From Monocercomonoides exilis PA203 (Eukaryota > Protista > Preaxostyla), in assembly GCA_001643675.2 (NCBI GenBank), contig LSRY02000065.1, positions 310,001-374,000 on the forward strand: a DNA stretch of 64,000 nt, written 5' to 3'. Below, piece after piece: positions 50,101-63,647 of this stretch. The notes beneath the pieces were generated by a model that was not told the DNA's origin, made no database searches, and was given only the letters and a program-made list of their open reading frames with translations. Every line of letters begins with the position of its first letter. Within the stretch, counting starts at the first letter, position 1. The position numbers were made by a program, and so were the translations under genes.

Positions 50101-52460
50101 CTCAAAGCTCTTCAAAAGCCATCTCCTTCTCAACTCCTCCAACAGACAGAACAAGCAACGACGGCTTGCAAACAGTGCGTTCCTCTTCTTCTGCGCTGAG
50201 TGGCTTCTTCTTCCCTTCCTCTTCGTCTTCCACAGCCCCTTCCTCCTCTTCTTCTTCGAGTGGGGCGGTGGCAGAGATGAAAAGAAGCATCCGAAGAGCG
50301 CTGGAAGGGTCAGGGCAGATGGCGACAATACAAAGAGAGATGATGGCTATTCTTTTGATGCAGATGAGGGAGCAAGGAGTGGCTGAACAAGCAGAAGGAG
50401 AAGGAGAAGGAGGAGAAGGAGGAGGAGGAGGACAAGAAGTGGCGGTGGCGAAGCTGTTTGCGAGTGTGAGGGAGAAGATGATGGTGCATTTGGAGAGGAA
50501 TGTGTTTGGGGTGAGTGAGAAGGAGAAGGAGAAGGAGAGAGAGAGAGAGAAGAAAGGAATAGCTGGGCATTCAACAGGAATAGTTGGAGGGAAATCGCTT
50601 TCATCGTCTTCTCCTTCGATTGCTGGAGGAGATGGGAGAAGCGGAACAACAAGAACAGGAAGATCACAGCAAGGGCAATCACAAAATACAACTTCTGCCA
50701 TCTTTCCTTCGCAGAATGCTTCTTCTTCTTCTTCTTCAAGCTCATCATCTTCTTCTTCCTCCTCTTCTTCTTCTCGCAAGTCAAACATTCCCTCTTCTTA
50801 CCCCACTTCATCTATTCCACCCACACCATCATTTATCACCTCCTCCTCTTCCTCTTCCTCTTCTTCTTCTTCTTCTTCTTCTTCTTCCGTTCTCTCTGAC
50901 TCCCACCTCCTCTCTTTATACGATGAAGCCATCCTTCTTGGCCTCCACTCACAAGCAGAAGCACATCTGGATGAAGTGATTGCGAGGCATCCATTGAGTG
51001 AAGAGCTGTGGCTGATCAAAGGGAGCACAGCATTTCGAATGGGGGACACACCCAGAGCAGAGGAATGCTTCAGAAGAGCTCTGCATTGCAATCCACGCTC
51101 AGGGATGGCGCTGTTGTGTGTGGGGTGTCTGAAATCAGCAAACAGAAGGAGTGAACAAGAAGCGGAAACGTTTTTGACTTCGCTGGTTGTGGAGAAGGAT
51201 AGCAGGAATCCGATCTGCTGGGCGGTGCTGGGGCTGCATTATGCGTATGTGGGGAAAGAGGAAGAGGCAGAGCATGCGTTCTCAAGGGCAGCACAGCTAA
51301 GGAGGCATTTGTTGGGTGCGGCAGGGGTGGAAGGAGGAGGAGGAGGAGGAGGAATAACAGGGATGGGAGGGATGGGGGGGAGTGTGTCAACAACAGTTAT
51401 TAGGAAGCCTGTATTGCAGAGGGAGAACAGCAAGATTCGGATGGGCGAGCAGACAGGAGGGAAAGGGCAAGGGGGAAGTGGAGTGGGGTCGATGAGATCA
51501 TCAGTGAATAGCGTGGGAGAAAGAGAAAGAGAGAGAGAAAGAGAGAGTTTGGTTGATTTGGATCCGTTTTCGCAGAGGAAGGATGTGAGAGGGCCGGGAA
51601 TAGGTGTGAAGAGGGAGGAGAGGAGGGAAATTGGATTGCGATATTTGTGAATATGCATTAATTTATATTGCATGAATTTGTGTTTTATGAATATTTTATC
51701 TGTTTTCTTTTTCTTTTTCTTTTTTCTTTTTTCTTTTTTCTTTTTCTTTTTTCTTTTTCTTTTTTCTTTTTCTTTTTTCTTTTTTTCTTTTTCTTTTTTT
51801 TTTTTTTTTTTTTTTTTAATGTTAATTTTCGATAAATTGCAATATATTCTTCATTCATCTTTTTATGATTTTTATTCTTAATTTATGAATTCTTTTCTTT
51901 TCTCTTCTCTTCTTTTCTCTTCTTTTTCTCTCTCTCTTCACTTCTCTTTTGTTTCTCATTTTTTTCTTTTCTTTTCTTTTCTTCTTTTTTTCTCTTCTCT
52001 TCTCTTCTCTTCTCTTTTTTCTATTCTCTTCTATTCTTTTCTCCTTCATCCTTTTCTCCTTCATCCTTTTCTCCTTCATCCTTTTCTCCTTCATCCTTAT
52101 CCCTCTCTTCTCTTTTCCCTAACCCTTCTCTTCAGATGAGCCTAATTATGAGCGATTCCAGATCCCTGTTGTGGAGAATGGGCTGAGGAGGGAGAATGTT
52201 GGGCATGACCCCTTCTGCTTAGAAGTCGCTATGTTTCTGTTAGAACAGTGTGGATGCACTCATCTAGCTGAAGTGGCTGTGAAAATGGTTTGTATTCGAA
52301 AAAAAGAGAATAAATAAATATAAAAAATAAAAAAACAGAAATAAATTTAAAAAAGAAAAAGATAAATTTCGTTTTTTTTTTTAAATTATAACTAACATTT
52401 ATGAAATCAACATTTAATTCTTTTCCTCTTTCTCTCTTTCTCTCTTTCTCTCTTTCTCTC

Positions 52461-52491
<31 letters not shown>

Positions 52492-53006
52492 GTCTCCTTC
52501 TCTCACTCAGGATCTCAACCACATTGGCCTCGCAGCGTACTTCCCTCTTCCCACAGCCACTCAATCGAGACAATCCAAATTGCGGGTGACAATTCCAGGC
52601 GCCGGAATAAACGATGCACAAGGCGAAGAAGGGGATGTTGGGCAACTCCGAACATCAGTTACATCAGCTGTGTCTGTTGGAGGAGAAGAAGAGGAAGAGG
52701 CAGGAAGAGGAGGAAGAGGAGAAGGAGAACAAGAAGGAGAAGGGAAAAGAAGTGCGAAGGATTTAGCATTCACTTATCCCTCAGCGATGGGGCTGTTATG
52801 TCTGGGGAAAGTGGCATATGACAGAGGAGAGGTGTCTTTTGCAGCAGAAGTGTTTGCGATGGGGCTGGCACTGGAACAAGAGAGCTATGACTTGCACAGA
52901 TGGCTGGGCCATGCACATTACTTGATGGTGTGGACTTTATTTATTTATATAATTATTTATTTATTAATATTATTATTATTATTTTTGTTATTGTTATTGT
53001 TATTAT

Positions 53007-53068
<62 letters not shown>

Positions 53069-53219
53069 ATTATTATTGTATATGTATATGTATTGTTTTT
53101 TCTTTCTTTCTCTTTAAATATCAAATATATTTCTCTTTCTCATTTCTCTTTCAAATCTTCTTCTCTTCCTTTCTTTCCATCTCCCCATCTTTCAATTAAT
53201 AATTTCTATCTATCTACCT

Positions 53220-53254
<35 letters not shown>

Positions 53255-53782
53255 TTTTTTCGCCCCTCACCCTCTTCACCCTCTCCCTCCCTCTCTCTCC
53301 CTCTCCCCCAGAACCATTATGATGACTCCCTCCGTGAATACACCAAAAGCATGGGCATACACGGCATCACCAAAGACGCCTCAGTCTGGCTGCGCATCGG
53401 AGAAATTCAGCTGAGCGAGCAAAAATTGAGCGAAAGCAAAGATGCATTTCTCCGGTCTGTGGCAGTGTGGAGGACGTGGAGGGGGCTTTTGGGCATTGGC
53501 GTGTGCTGCGTGTGGGAAGGGAACTATACAGACGCTGAAGACGCTTTATGTGCTGCTCATACCCATAATGTGCATAGTGCTGAAGTGTGGGGTTATTTGG
53601 CGCTGCTGCTGAGTCTGTGCTCGCGCGCGGAAGAGGCGCTTATTGCGCTGTCGGAGGCATTGTCGCTTGGTTTTGCGGATGGAATGGTATTGTCAAGAGT
53701 AGCTCAACAGCTGGCAGAATTAGGATTTGTAGAAGAAACAGAAAAAATTAAGAATAGAATTCAGGCTGCCCAAGAAGAATAA
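44131..53782 (+). CDS. CFAP70: Cilia- and flagella-associated protein 70 (TTC18) homolog, 8 exons, ~2598 aa
   Basis: Exons 44131-44152, 44211-44290, 44367-45066, 45458-47851, 48043-51603, 52136-52287, 52511-52927 and 53312-53782 join in frame (7797 nt). Blocks colinear with CFAP70 as I recall it: LASTPLVFRFYE, IGTVEVSLLPF, WNVLTVAV..L..LP, LFTNG, AYIPLQPLAQPG, C-terminal TPRs and LGIGVCC...AEDAL..A...N.HSAEVWGYLAL. Confidence 0.88.
45112..45362. repeat. Pure polypyrimidine minisatellite (TTTTCTTTTTTC)n in CFAP70 intron 3
   Basis: ~250 nt of T/C only with a ~12-nt period. Confidence 0.95.
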
Positions 53783-53982
53783 ATAAATAAAATAAAATCA
53801 TTTCTAATGTTTTCATTACATTCGTTTTCTTTCATGTCTCAATTTCGTTCTTATATCCACGTCACATTAAAAATTCATTTGTTTGAATGTACGTATGGCT
53901 TAGATCATTTTTGATCAATATATCAAAATAAAGACACCGTTAGCGTCTTATTGTCAGGTATTAAAGCTACTCTGACTATGCC

Positions 53983-56900
53983 ATGATAATAGACAAAGTA
54001 AAAGAAGACCAAATTAAGCACTATTGTCATGTTCTTGACAGTACTGCAGTTGGAAAAATCATGAATGACGATTCAATTGCTGCTGTTAAGCATTTATCAC
54101 ACACAATTATTGACTGTGAAAAAACTGGAGATGATTCTCTTTTTGGGTTTGTTGGACATTTTGTTTCTTAAATTTTGAAAGCCTAGTTATTTTTTTATTT
54201 TGAAATTATATCTTTCCTTGCTTTTTTGTACAGGCTTATGGAAACAGCAATTTTCAAAAGTTTTAAAAATGTTCTTTCATCAAAATGTAATCCATCTTTC
54301 AAAATGGAAATTTTGCAATCTTTGAGCCTTATTGTACAAAACTTTAAACATGAGACATCTCTCCTGTATATTCTGTCTGGAAATAGAATAAATGATATTA
54401 TACGGATTCCATTTGACTTCGGAAATCATGAAATGGTTTCATATTATGTATCAGTTTTAAGAGCGCTTGCATTTAAAATGACTTTAAAAAATATACCTCT
54501 GTTCTTTGTAGATGTATGCTCATTTTTTTTAAAAAAATTGTTCATTTCTTAATGCTAAATTATTTGATTCTATTTGCAGCAAGCTACTGTCCAACAATTC
54601 CCTGTCTTTATGCTGACTTTACGATTTTTCTCATATCCTGACAATCTCATCAAAACTGCTGTAAGAACGACATTACTCACCATCTTAAAACTATCTAAAG
54701 ATGAAATAATCGACTACGCAATGAGCACTCAAAGTCAGTTTCTGTCAACTGTTTGCCTCTATCTGATGTGTCTCAGTTTTGACATCGCCGAGGCCGTCTC
54801 AATAAACTCCCCTCACAACGGCAGCTCAGCTTCATCTCTCCATTCATTCAAGCCATATTCGCTGAAAGTGTCTGAGTGCCTGTCTGTTTCGTCGCTTGTC
54901 CAGTCGCCTCAAACGCAGCACAGAACAGCTGTTATTCTGTCACTCACTCAGCAGGCGTATGCCACTTCACCTCTTTCATTTCAAAAGGAAACGAACACAC
55001 TCAACATGTCAAATAGCACTTCACGTTCGAATTCTTCTTCAACTGCTTCTTCTTCCTCGTCTTCTTCTTCCTCTTCTTCCTCTTCTTCTTCTGCCATTGC
55101 CTCCCACATGCGTTCATTAGACGATCTTCTTTCAGACTTCTCCGAAGCACTTCTCTTCATCTGTGACTTATACCGTCTCAATCATTTGGAATTTTCATAT
55201 ACCCTTTCTCGTCAGTTCCTATCTTTGTTCCTTATCCCTCTCATTCGACACTTCTGGATGTTCAACCTGAAAGTGAAGGAGGAAGAAGAAGAAGGAGGAG
55301 GAGGAAGAGGAAGAGGAAGGGAAGGGAAAAAATTCAACATTGGACAGAAAATGAGAAATAGCAAGAAATTATCGCAATCACGTTCTGAGGCGAAGATGGA
55401 ACCGTATCATCCATTTAACTCCTCTCCCTTTGGATACCCTGCTCCTTCTCTTCTCAACCGATCGGGGACTTATTCTTCTTCTTCTTCTTCTTCTTCCTTT
55501 TCGCCTTTTTCTTCTTCTCCTCATTTTTCTTCCTCTTCTCATTTTCCTTCTTCTTCTTCTCACTCTTCTCACTCTTCTTCTGCTTACTCTGTTTATTCTG
55601 CTCTTGTTCAGTCATCTCCGCCTCGTGTGGCAGCAGCAGGGGCAGCAACAAGGCCTGTTTCATATTCATTGACAACATCTTCATTGCCATCTGTTGAGAG
55701 GAGGATGTCTGATTATGATGTGAGGAGTGGGTGGATTGATAGGAAGGGGAGAGAAGGAAGAGGAGAAATGAATAGAATGTTGCAGTGGGAGAGAGGGAAA
55801 GAAGAAGAAGAGGAAGATAAAAATGAGCATATGCAAAAGCAAAATGAACAAAAACGTAAAAAACATAATAAAAAAGAGAAGGGAAAAGGAAAAGGGAAAG
55901 GGAAAAAGGAAAAGGGGGAAGCGAATGATGATTTAGATTTTGATGATTTGTTCAGTTTGATTCGGAGTTACAATAAGAAAGAATCAGAAAGAAAACAAAA
56001 AAATGAAAAGAAGAAGAAGAAGAAGGAAGAGGAGGAGGAGGAGGAGGAGGGTGTTGACAATGAAGAAGGAGAAGGAAATGGAAGAGAAGGAAATGATGAA
56101 GAAGAAGAGGATGAGGAGGAAGAAGAAGAAGGCGAGGAAGATGAGGAAGGCGAAGAAGAAGAGGAAGAGGAAGAAGAAGATGATGATGATGATGAAGACG
56201 AGGAGGAGGAGGAAGAAGAAGAAGAAGAAACCGAAGACTCCAGCACAGATGATAAAAGAAAGCACGTCAATGCAAGTGGCAAAAGGGAATTGAAAACTTC
56301 TGAAAGTTTTTGTCTCTTTGAAGCCAACAGCTCCTCTTCTGATTTTTCTTCTTCTCTGAAAAATTCTGCTAAGTCAAAAAATTCCTTTTTCAGCAGCAAA
56401 ACCGAAACGAATGCGAAAATGAAGCAAAACTCAGGGGCAATCAACCACACGCCATTTATCCCTCCATCTGTCTCTCTCTTTTTGTTCTCGATGATTTTGA
56501 CTTCTCCTCTTCCCCCTGTGATTATCCATTCGTTATGCACTTTGCTATCATTTCCTACTAACCCACTGAATTTGGGTTCGATTTCTCTTTCTTCTTTGTC
56601 TTCTTTATTTTTGTCATCATCATCATCTTCTTCTTCTTCTTCTTCATCTTCTTCATCTTCTTCATCTTCATCATCATCATCTTCTTCTTCTTCCCCTTCA
56701 TCTTCATTTTCTTCTTCTCCTCTTTCTTCTTCTTCTTCTTCTTCTCTTTCTTCTTCTCTTCCTCAATTGTTATGTCTCAGAGAAGATGCTGTTGACATCC
56801 TCCTTCCAATTTCTGCCAAGTCAAACGAATTTTTCAGCTGGTTTGCCATCAGAGAAGAATTCAACAGCAAAAAGAAAGCGAAAATTGATATTCATACAAA

Positions 56901-58393
56901 TCCCATTGAAACAAGGTTTTTCAGAGGCATTATGAAGGAAAAGAAGGAAATGGAAGAGTTTGAGAAGAAGAAGATGATTATGAAGAAGAAAACTTATTTG
57001 AATGGTTTTTGTGCTTCCGAAGAAGAAAAAACAAATTTTGGTGAAATAACATCATCATCTTCTTCTTCTTCTTCTTCTTCTTCTTCTTCATTGTCATCTT
57101 CTTCATTTCCTCTTCCATTCTCCCTCTTCCTCTCTTGCTTAGAAGAACAACATCTTCTTCCACCTCCTCTTCTTCCTGATATTTCTTCACCATTCTCTTC
57201 TTCTTCTTCTTTCTCTCTTTCTTCTTCTCCTTCTTCCTTGTCTGCCACTTCTTCTTCTCCTTCTCCTTTCTTCTTCTTCTCTTCTTCTTCGGATATTCCA
57301 CCATTGCTCAAAAGATATTCAGTGATTGATGAGTCAAATGTGAATGAATGGAGTGTTGTTCAGTGTGTTTACAGGGAGAAGTGGAAGAAGATGGTTGAAG
57401 AAGCTATAGAAGGATGGAAGATGTGGTCTGGAGATAGAGGAGAAGGAGAAGGAGAAGGAGAGGAAGAGGAAAGAAAAGAAGAGGAAAATAAAGAAGGGAA
57501 AGAAGAAGAAGAAGAAGAAGAAGAAGAAGAAAAGGATAACAAAGAAGAAGAAAACAATAGAAACATAGAAGATCATGAAGGCAGCACAAAAAAAACTGAA
57601 AGGAAAGCAAATAGTGAGCCATCATTTTCATCATCACGTTCTTCTTCTTCTTCTTTTCCAATTTTGCCTTCGTTTTCTTCTAACTCCTCATCTCCTTCAT
57701 CTTTCCATTCATTTTCTTCTTCCTCCTCCTCCTCTTCTCTTCTTCTTCTTCCTCTTCTTCGCAAAACTCCTCTTCGTGTGCTTGTTGGCATTCCTTCTGC
57801 TTCTTTCTTCAGAAGAGCATTTTTCGAGTCATTTTCTTTGCTTTCTTCTTCTTCTTCTTCTTCTTCTCTAATTTCATTGGCTTCTTATTCTTCTTCAATT
57901 AATTCTTCTTCTTCTTCTTCTCTTCCTCTTCCTCTTCCTTCTGTCTCTTCTGTCTGCTCCACCATTCGCTCTTCTCCTCATCTGTGGCTGTCTCTTTCTG
58001 GCTCTTTCCTTTCGTTCATCAGCAGGCAGAGGAAAATCAGGAGAGAAGGAGCGGAGTATGTGTGGAGGGAGGAAGAGGAAGAGGAAGAGGAAGAAGAAGA
58101 AGGAAGGATGAAGAAGGAGAAGGGGAAAGGGAAAGGAAAGGAAAGAGAAAAAGAGAAGAAAGAAAAAGAAAAAGCAAAAGCAAAATATAGATCATATGAT
58201 ATGGATGATGAATATAACAGATTTAAAAGTGAATGGAGAAAGAGCATAAATGTGGAAGGAAGAAGAACGAAAAGAGGAGAAGGAGAAGGAGAAGAAGAAG
58301 AAGAAGATGGAGAAAAAGAGAAAATTGCAAATGTGATAAGAAACAGAATGAGTATGAATTTAGAGAGAAACAAGAACTATCAGTTTGGTTTGG

Positions 58394-58424
<31 letters not shown>

Positions 58425-58809
58425 ATTTGCTCCTTCTTCTTCTTCTCCTTCTCCTTCTTCTTCTTCTTCATATTCTTCCAATAACTTCCTCAATTCACCA
58501 ACACACAGAGAAATTTCAAGTAAAACCGAAAATCTTCCATTGAATGAAGAATCCGTATTGCTGATACCTCATTCTGCTGATGTCCCTCAAAACACAGAAA
58601 GAACTGTTAATTCTTCTCTTTCTTCTTCTTCTCTTTCTTCTTCTTCTCTTTCTTCTTCTTCTCCTCCTCCTCCTTCTCCTTCTCCGTTATCTTCTTCTTC
58701 TCCTTCTTCTTTATCTTTATCTTTGTCTTCTTCATCGTCTTCTCCTTTATCTTCTCCTTTATTTCCTTCCTCTTCCTCCTCTTCCTCTTCCTCATCATCA
58801 TCATCATCC

Positions 58810-58840
<31 letters not shown>

Positions 58841-61800
58841 CTTCTTCCTTTACTTCTTCTTCTTCTTCTTCCTTTACTTCTTCTTCCTCTTCTTCCTCTT
58901 CTTCTCCTTCTCTTTCTTCTCTCCCTCTCACGTTCTCTTCATTGCAGCGTTCTCTTCTTCCTCCTTTTGTTCCTTCTCTTTCTCCTCCAATGCTTGTTTC
59001 ATTGTTGTCTTTCATCATCAACAGACAGAAGAAGAAAGAGAAGGAGAAAGAGAAGAAGGAGAAAGAGAAAGAGAAAGAGAAAGAGAAAGAGAAAGAGAAA
59101 GAGAAAGAGAAAGAAGAGAATTTCAATAAAAAACAAGGAAATAACATAAAAATAAACACAAATAAAAAATCAGATGAAAATTCTGTTGGAAATGTGAATG
59201 AAGAAAATAATAATAATAATAATACTTTAGCATCAACATCTTCTTTTTCTTCTTCTTCTCTTCCTTTCTCCTCTTCCTCTTTCTCCTCCTCTTCTTTTGC
59301 TTCATGTCACAGCAATCTTTCGTCTATCCCTTCTTCTCTTCCTTTCTCCTCCTCCTCTTCTTCTTCTTCTTCATTGGAAGAGAAAGAGGTATCAAATGAT
59401 GTGTGGGGTGAAGCACTTGTTGAAGGGATAAGAGAATTGGCAGATGTGGAAGGAATAAGAAGAATTATTGAATGTGGAAGAAGAAGAAGAAGAAAAGAAA
59501 TGGTGAAGAAGAAGAAGGAAGAAGAGGGAGAAGAGGGAGAAGAGGGAGAGGGAAAGGAGGAAGAGAAGGAAGAAGAAGAAGAAGAAACAATCAATAAACC
59601 TCCTCAAAGCATTAAACCTTCTCTGAATTTCGCATTAAGCTCCTTGTTTCAGAAAGATGAGTGGGAAATGGCTCTTCTTTCTCTCCATTCATCAAGCGAT
59701 GTTTTGACACGGCTGTTTCAAAAATTCATAAGTCAAGAGCCAAATTCAGTTCCGATTGGATTCACACATAATGTTGAGATGAATGGTAATAATGATAATG
59801 ATAATTCGAATTTTGCTTCTTCTTCTCTTTCTTCTTCTTCTTCTTCTTCTTCTTCTTCTTCTTCTTCTTCTTCTTCTTCCTTCGAGAAAAACGAAAGGAA
59901 AGGAAAAGAATCTAAATTGGAAGCGAAGAGAAAGAAAGAAATAGAAAAGGCAAAGAAGAAAGAAGACAAGCGAACGAAACAACTGCAAAAACAAGATTCA
60001 TCTTTAGCTTTACCTTCTTCTTCCTCTTCTTCTTCCTCCTCCTCCTCTTTCTCTTCTTCTTCTTCCTCCTCCTCCTCCTCCTCTACTTCCTCCAAACCTT
60101 CTTTTCCCCAGAAATTCAATGAATGCGAATGCAACTGCGAACTTAACTCAGGTTATTCTTCTTCTCATTCCTTGTGCTCTTCTTCTGTTGATGACACCCT
60201 CCCCATCGCTTCTTTCCTCTTTCTCTCTGCTCTCCTCCAAAACTCCTCTGTTCCTTTCCTCTTCTTATCTGAAATCGGATTGCTTCCTCATAAACGGCTG
60301 GCTTCAGTGAAATTCTGCAGAAAAAAGGAAGAGGGAAAAATTAAACCAGAAATTGAGTCTAATTTAGAGATAAAACAAGAATTGAATCAAAAACTTGAGA
60401 AAAAACTTGAAAAAAATCAAAAAATTTCGAATTTTATTCCATTTTCTTCTCCATCCAATCTGAACAATGTTCTTTCTTCTCAACAACATCAACAGCATCT
60501 TCAACAACAAACAGAAAGCAATAAGTTTATTTCTCCGTTCGAGCCTGCTTCTATTTCTCCGGAGTTACAAATTTCTCCGTTTGCTCCTATTTCTCCGTTC
60601 GAGAACAAACAAAACTCCGATTTGTATCTCATTTTCCCTCCAATTCATCATTCACATCTTCACTCTGCTCCAACTCAAATATCTTCTTCTTCCTCTTCTT
60701 CTCATTCTTCTCCTCCTCCTACTTATTCTTCATCATCATCTTCTTCTTCTTCCTTCTCTTCTTCTCATCGTTCAATAGATTGTCCTCTTTCTCTCTCTCC
60801 AAATGACCCTCGTTCCATTCAAAAGCGCAATTCTTCCTCTTCTCCTTCTCCTCTCTCGGAGAATTATGAAAGTGCTATTTCTCCGCCTCCAGAGCCTCTT
60901 CCGATGCAACTGCCTACACCTCTTTCTCCTTCTATTAATCTTCCTTCTTATGCTTCTTCCTCCTCTTCTTCCTCTTCCTCTCCTTCTTCTTTTCCTTCCT
61001 CTTCCCCAACATCTTCCATTTCACCTTCTTCGTTACCTTCTCCAGTTTCTCCGATTTCTCCTATTTCTCCGAACTCTCCTTCTTCTTCTTCTCCTTCTCC
61101 TTCTCCTTCTTCTCCAACTTCTTTGCCTTCTTCTTTTGTTTCTCCTTCTGCTCATCCTCTTTCCTTCTCTAATTCTGCTGCTTCTTCTTCTCCTCTCCAA
61201 CATCTGTCACCTCAAAGAATTGCTTCTTTTCCTCTCATTGATAGAGAACTTCTGTCATCTTCATTATCTTCTTCTTCTAATTCTTCCTCCTCATCCTCGT
61301 TTTCTTCATTATCTTCTCCTTCTTCTTCTTCCTCTTCTTCTCCTTCTCCTTCTCCTTCTCTTCCTCTCAACACTTCAGAGCCTTCTCAATCAAACATGCC
61401 ATTTCCATTGAATTCTTCGATATCTTCAGAAAAACTATCACCTCAATTGATGTCTGAGAAAGAAGCCAGAAATTCATTGCCTTCTAATTCTCCTCCTTCT
61501 TCTTCTTCACCTTCTTCATCATCATCATCATTTTCCTCTTCCTCTTCTTCTCCTTCCTCATCCTCCTCTTCTCCTTCCTCTTCTCCTCTCTTCCTCTCCT
61601 CTCCTCTTTCTCAAAGACACATTCATTCTGTTTTCGATGAAGCACAAGGATCAGCCAGAAGCAATGCAATTGATGCAATTTCATCTGAAATGTTATCTTC
61701 TTCTTCTCTTTCTCTTTCCTCCTCCTCCTCCTCCTCTTCTTCTTCTTCTTCTTCTTCTTCTTCTTCTTCTTCTTCTTCTTCCTCTTCCTCTTCCTCTTCT

Positions 61801-63609
61801 TCTTCTTCTTCTTCTTCTTCTTCTTCTCTTTCTTCTTCTCTTTCTTCTTCTCTTTCTTCTTCTCTTTCTTCTTCTCGTCATCAACATCATCAATATAATA
61901 ATAATAATAACGTTCAAGTGAAAAAACGTAATGAAACAAGAAACGAAAGATTTTCTTTAGCTTTTGACCCTTCTTTCTCTTCTTTTTATTCTTCTTTATC
62001 TTCTTCTTCTTCTTCTTCATTACCTCCTCCTCCTTCTTCTTCCTTGTTTGTTGATGCATCCAATGGTGACATATTTGAACTTACCTCAGAAGGACAACTA
62101 ACAAAAGAAGAGGAAGAAGAGGAACAAGAAGAAGAAGAAGAAGAAGAAGAAATAAAAGGAGAAATAAAAGGAGATAAAGAAAGAGAGAGAGAAAGAGAAA
62201 GAGAAAGAGAAAGAGAAAGAGAAAGAGAAAGAAGAGAAAGAAGAGAAAGAAGAGAAAATCGAGAAAACAATGCAATTTCTAAGAATTCGTCAGAAAAGGA
62301 GAAGATGAGTGAAATCATGGCAGATGTGGAAGCGATTGAAGATGAAGAAGAAGATTGGAAAGAGTTTTGTTTGAAAGGTCATTATTATCGGTTTCCTCAG
62401 TGTGAAAGGAAGAAAGAGGAAAATATGGAAAATATAGAAGAAATAGGAAGAAATGAAGAAGAGAAAGGGAAAGGAAGAAGAAAAGAAAAGGAAAAAGCAA
62501 ATAACAATAAATATGAAAATCAATCTGGAAATGAATATGAATGCCAGCACAATCACAAATATGAGTGCAAAAGCAATAATAAATGTAATGATGAAAATAA
62601 ATATGAATACGAATACGAATACGAATACGAATACGAATACGAATACGACCCTCGCCTTGTCTCATCCATTGTCGATTTCCTGTCAAATTCTGCTTCTTCT
62701 CTTTCTTCCTCTTACAAACATTCATCCAACAAAAATATTCACTTCCCTTTTGTTTCTCGAAGATTGTCTTCTCTTTCGCTCGCTTTCTCAACACTGAGCC
62801 AGATTCTGGAGTTGACTGGTGTGGCGACACGAATTAGCAAAGAAAAGAAGAAGAAGAAGGAAGAGAAGAAGGAAGAAAAGGAGGAGGAGAAAGAGGATAA
62901 AGAGAAAGAGAAGAAAGGAGAAGAAGAAGAAAGAAAAGATGCTGTTGTTAAATGCTCTGATACTCAAACAACAGAAAAATCAAATACTGATTCATCAAAA
63001 CCCAATCCTATTTCTCCGGCTTCTTCTATTTCTTCTATTTCTCCGATTTCTCCGAAGTCTTCAATTTCTCCGCTTTCTCATCTTTCGTGGTGGCATAGCG
63101 ACATTATACGCCATGCATATAATTCTCTTCTGTCGGTTGCAATCCAACTCATTTCTTCCTTTTCTGTCTGCTCTTTCTCTTCTTTCTCTTCTTCTTCTTC
63201 AGCGTCTTCCTCTTCTTCTTCCTCTTCTTCTTCTTTATCCTCTTCCTCCTCTCTTTCTTCTTCTGATTCTGATTCTATTTCTTTTCCTCCTCTATCTTCG
63301 CTCACTGAATCTTCTCCCCTTCATCCTAACACTCTTCTTCTTTCTTCTTCAGATTCAGGTTCTTCTTCTCTTTCTCCTCTTTCTTCCCTTTCTCATTCAT
63401 CTCCTTCTTCTTCTTCTTCTTCCTCTCCTTCTCCTTCTCCTTCTTTGAATTGCCCTGATTCTTCCATCCAACGCACTTTTCGGTCATTTCAAACTTTTCT
63501 TTCTCCTTTCTTCCCTCTCTTAAGTGAATACATTCCTTCTGATTTCCTTCTTCCCCCTCCTCTTTCTTCTTCTTCCTCTTCCTCTTCTTCTTCTTCCTCT
63601 TCCTCTTCT

Positions 63610-63647
<38 letters not shown>

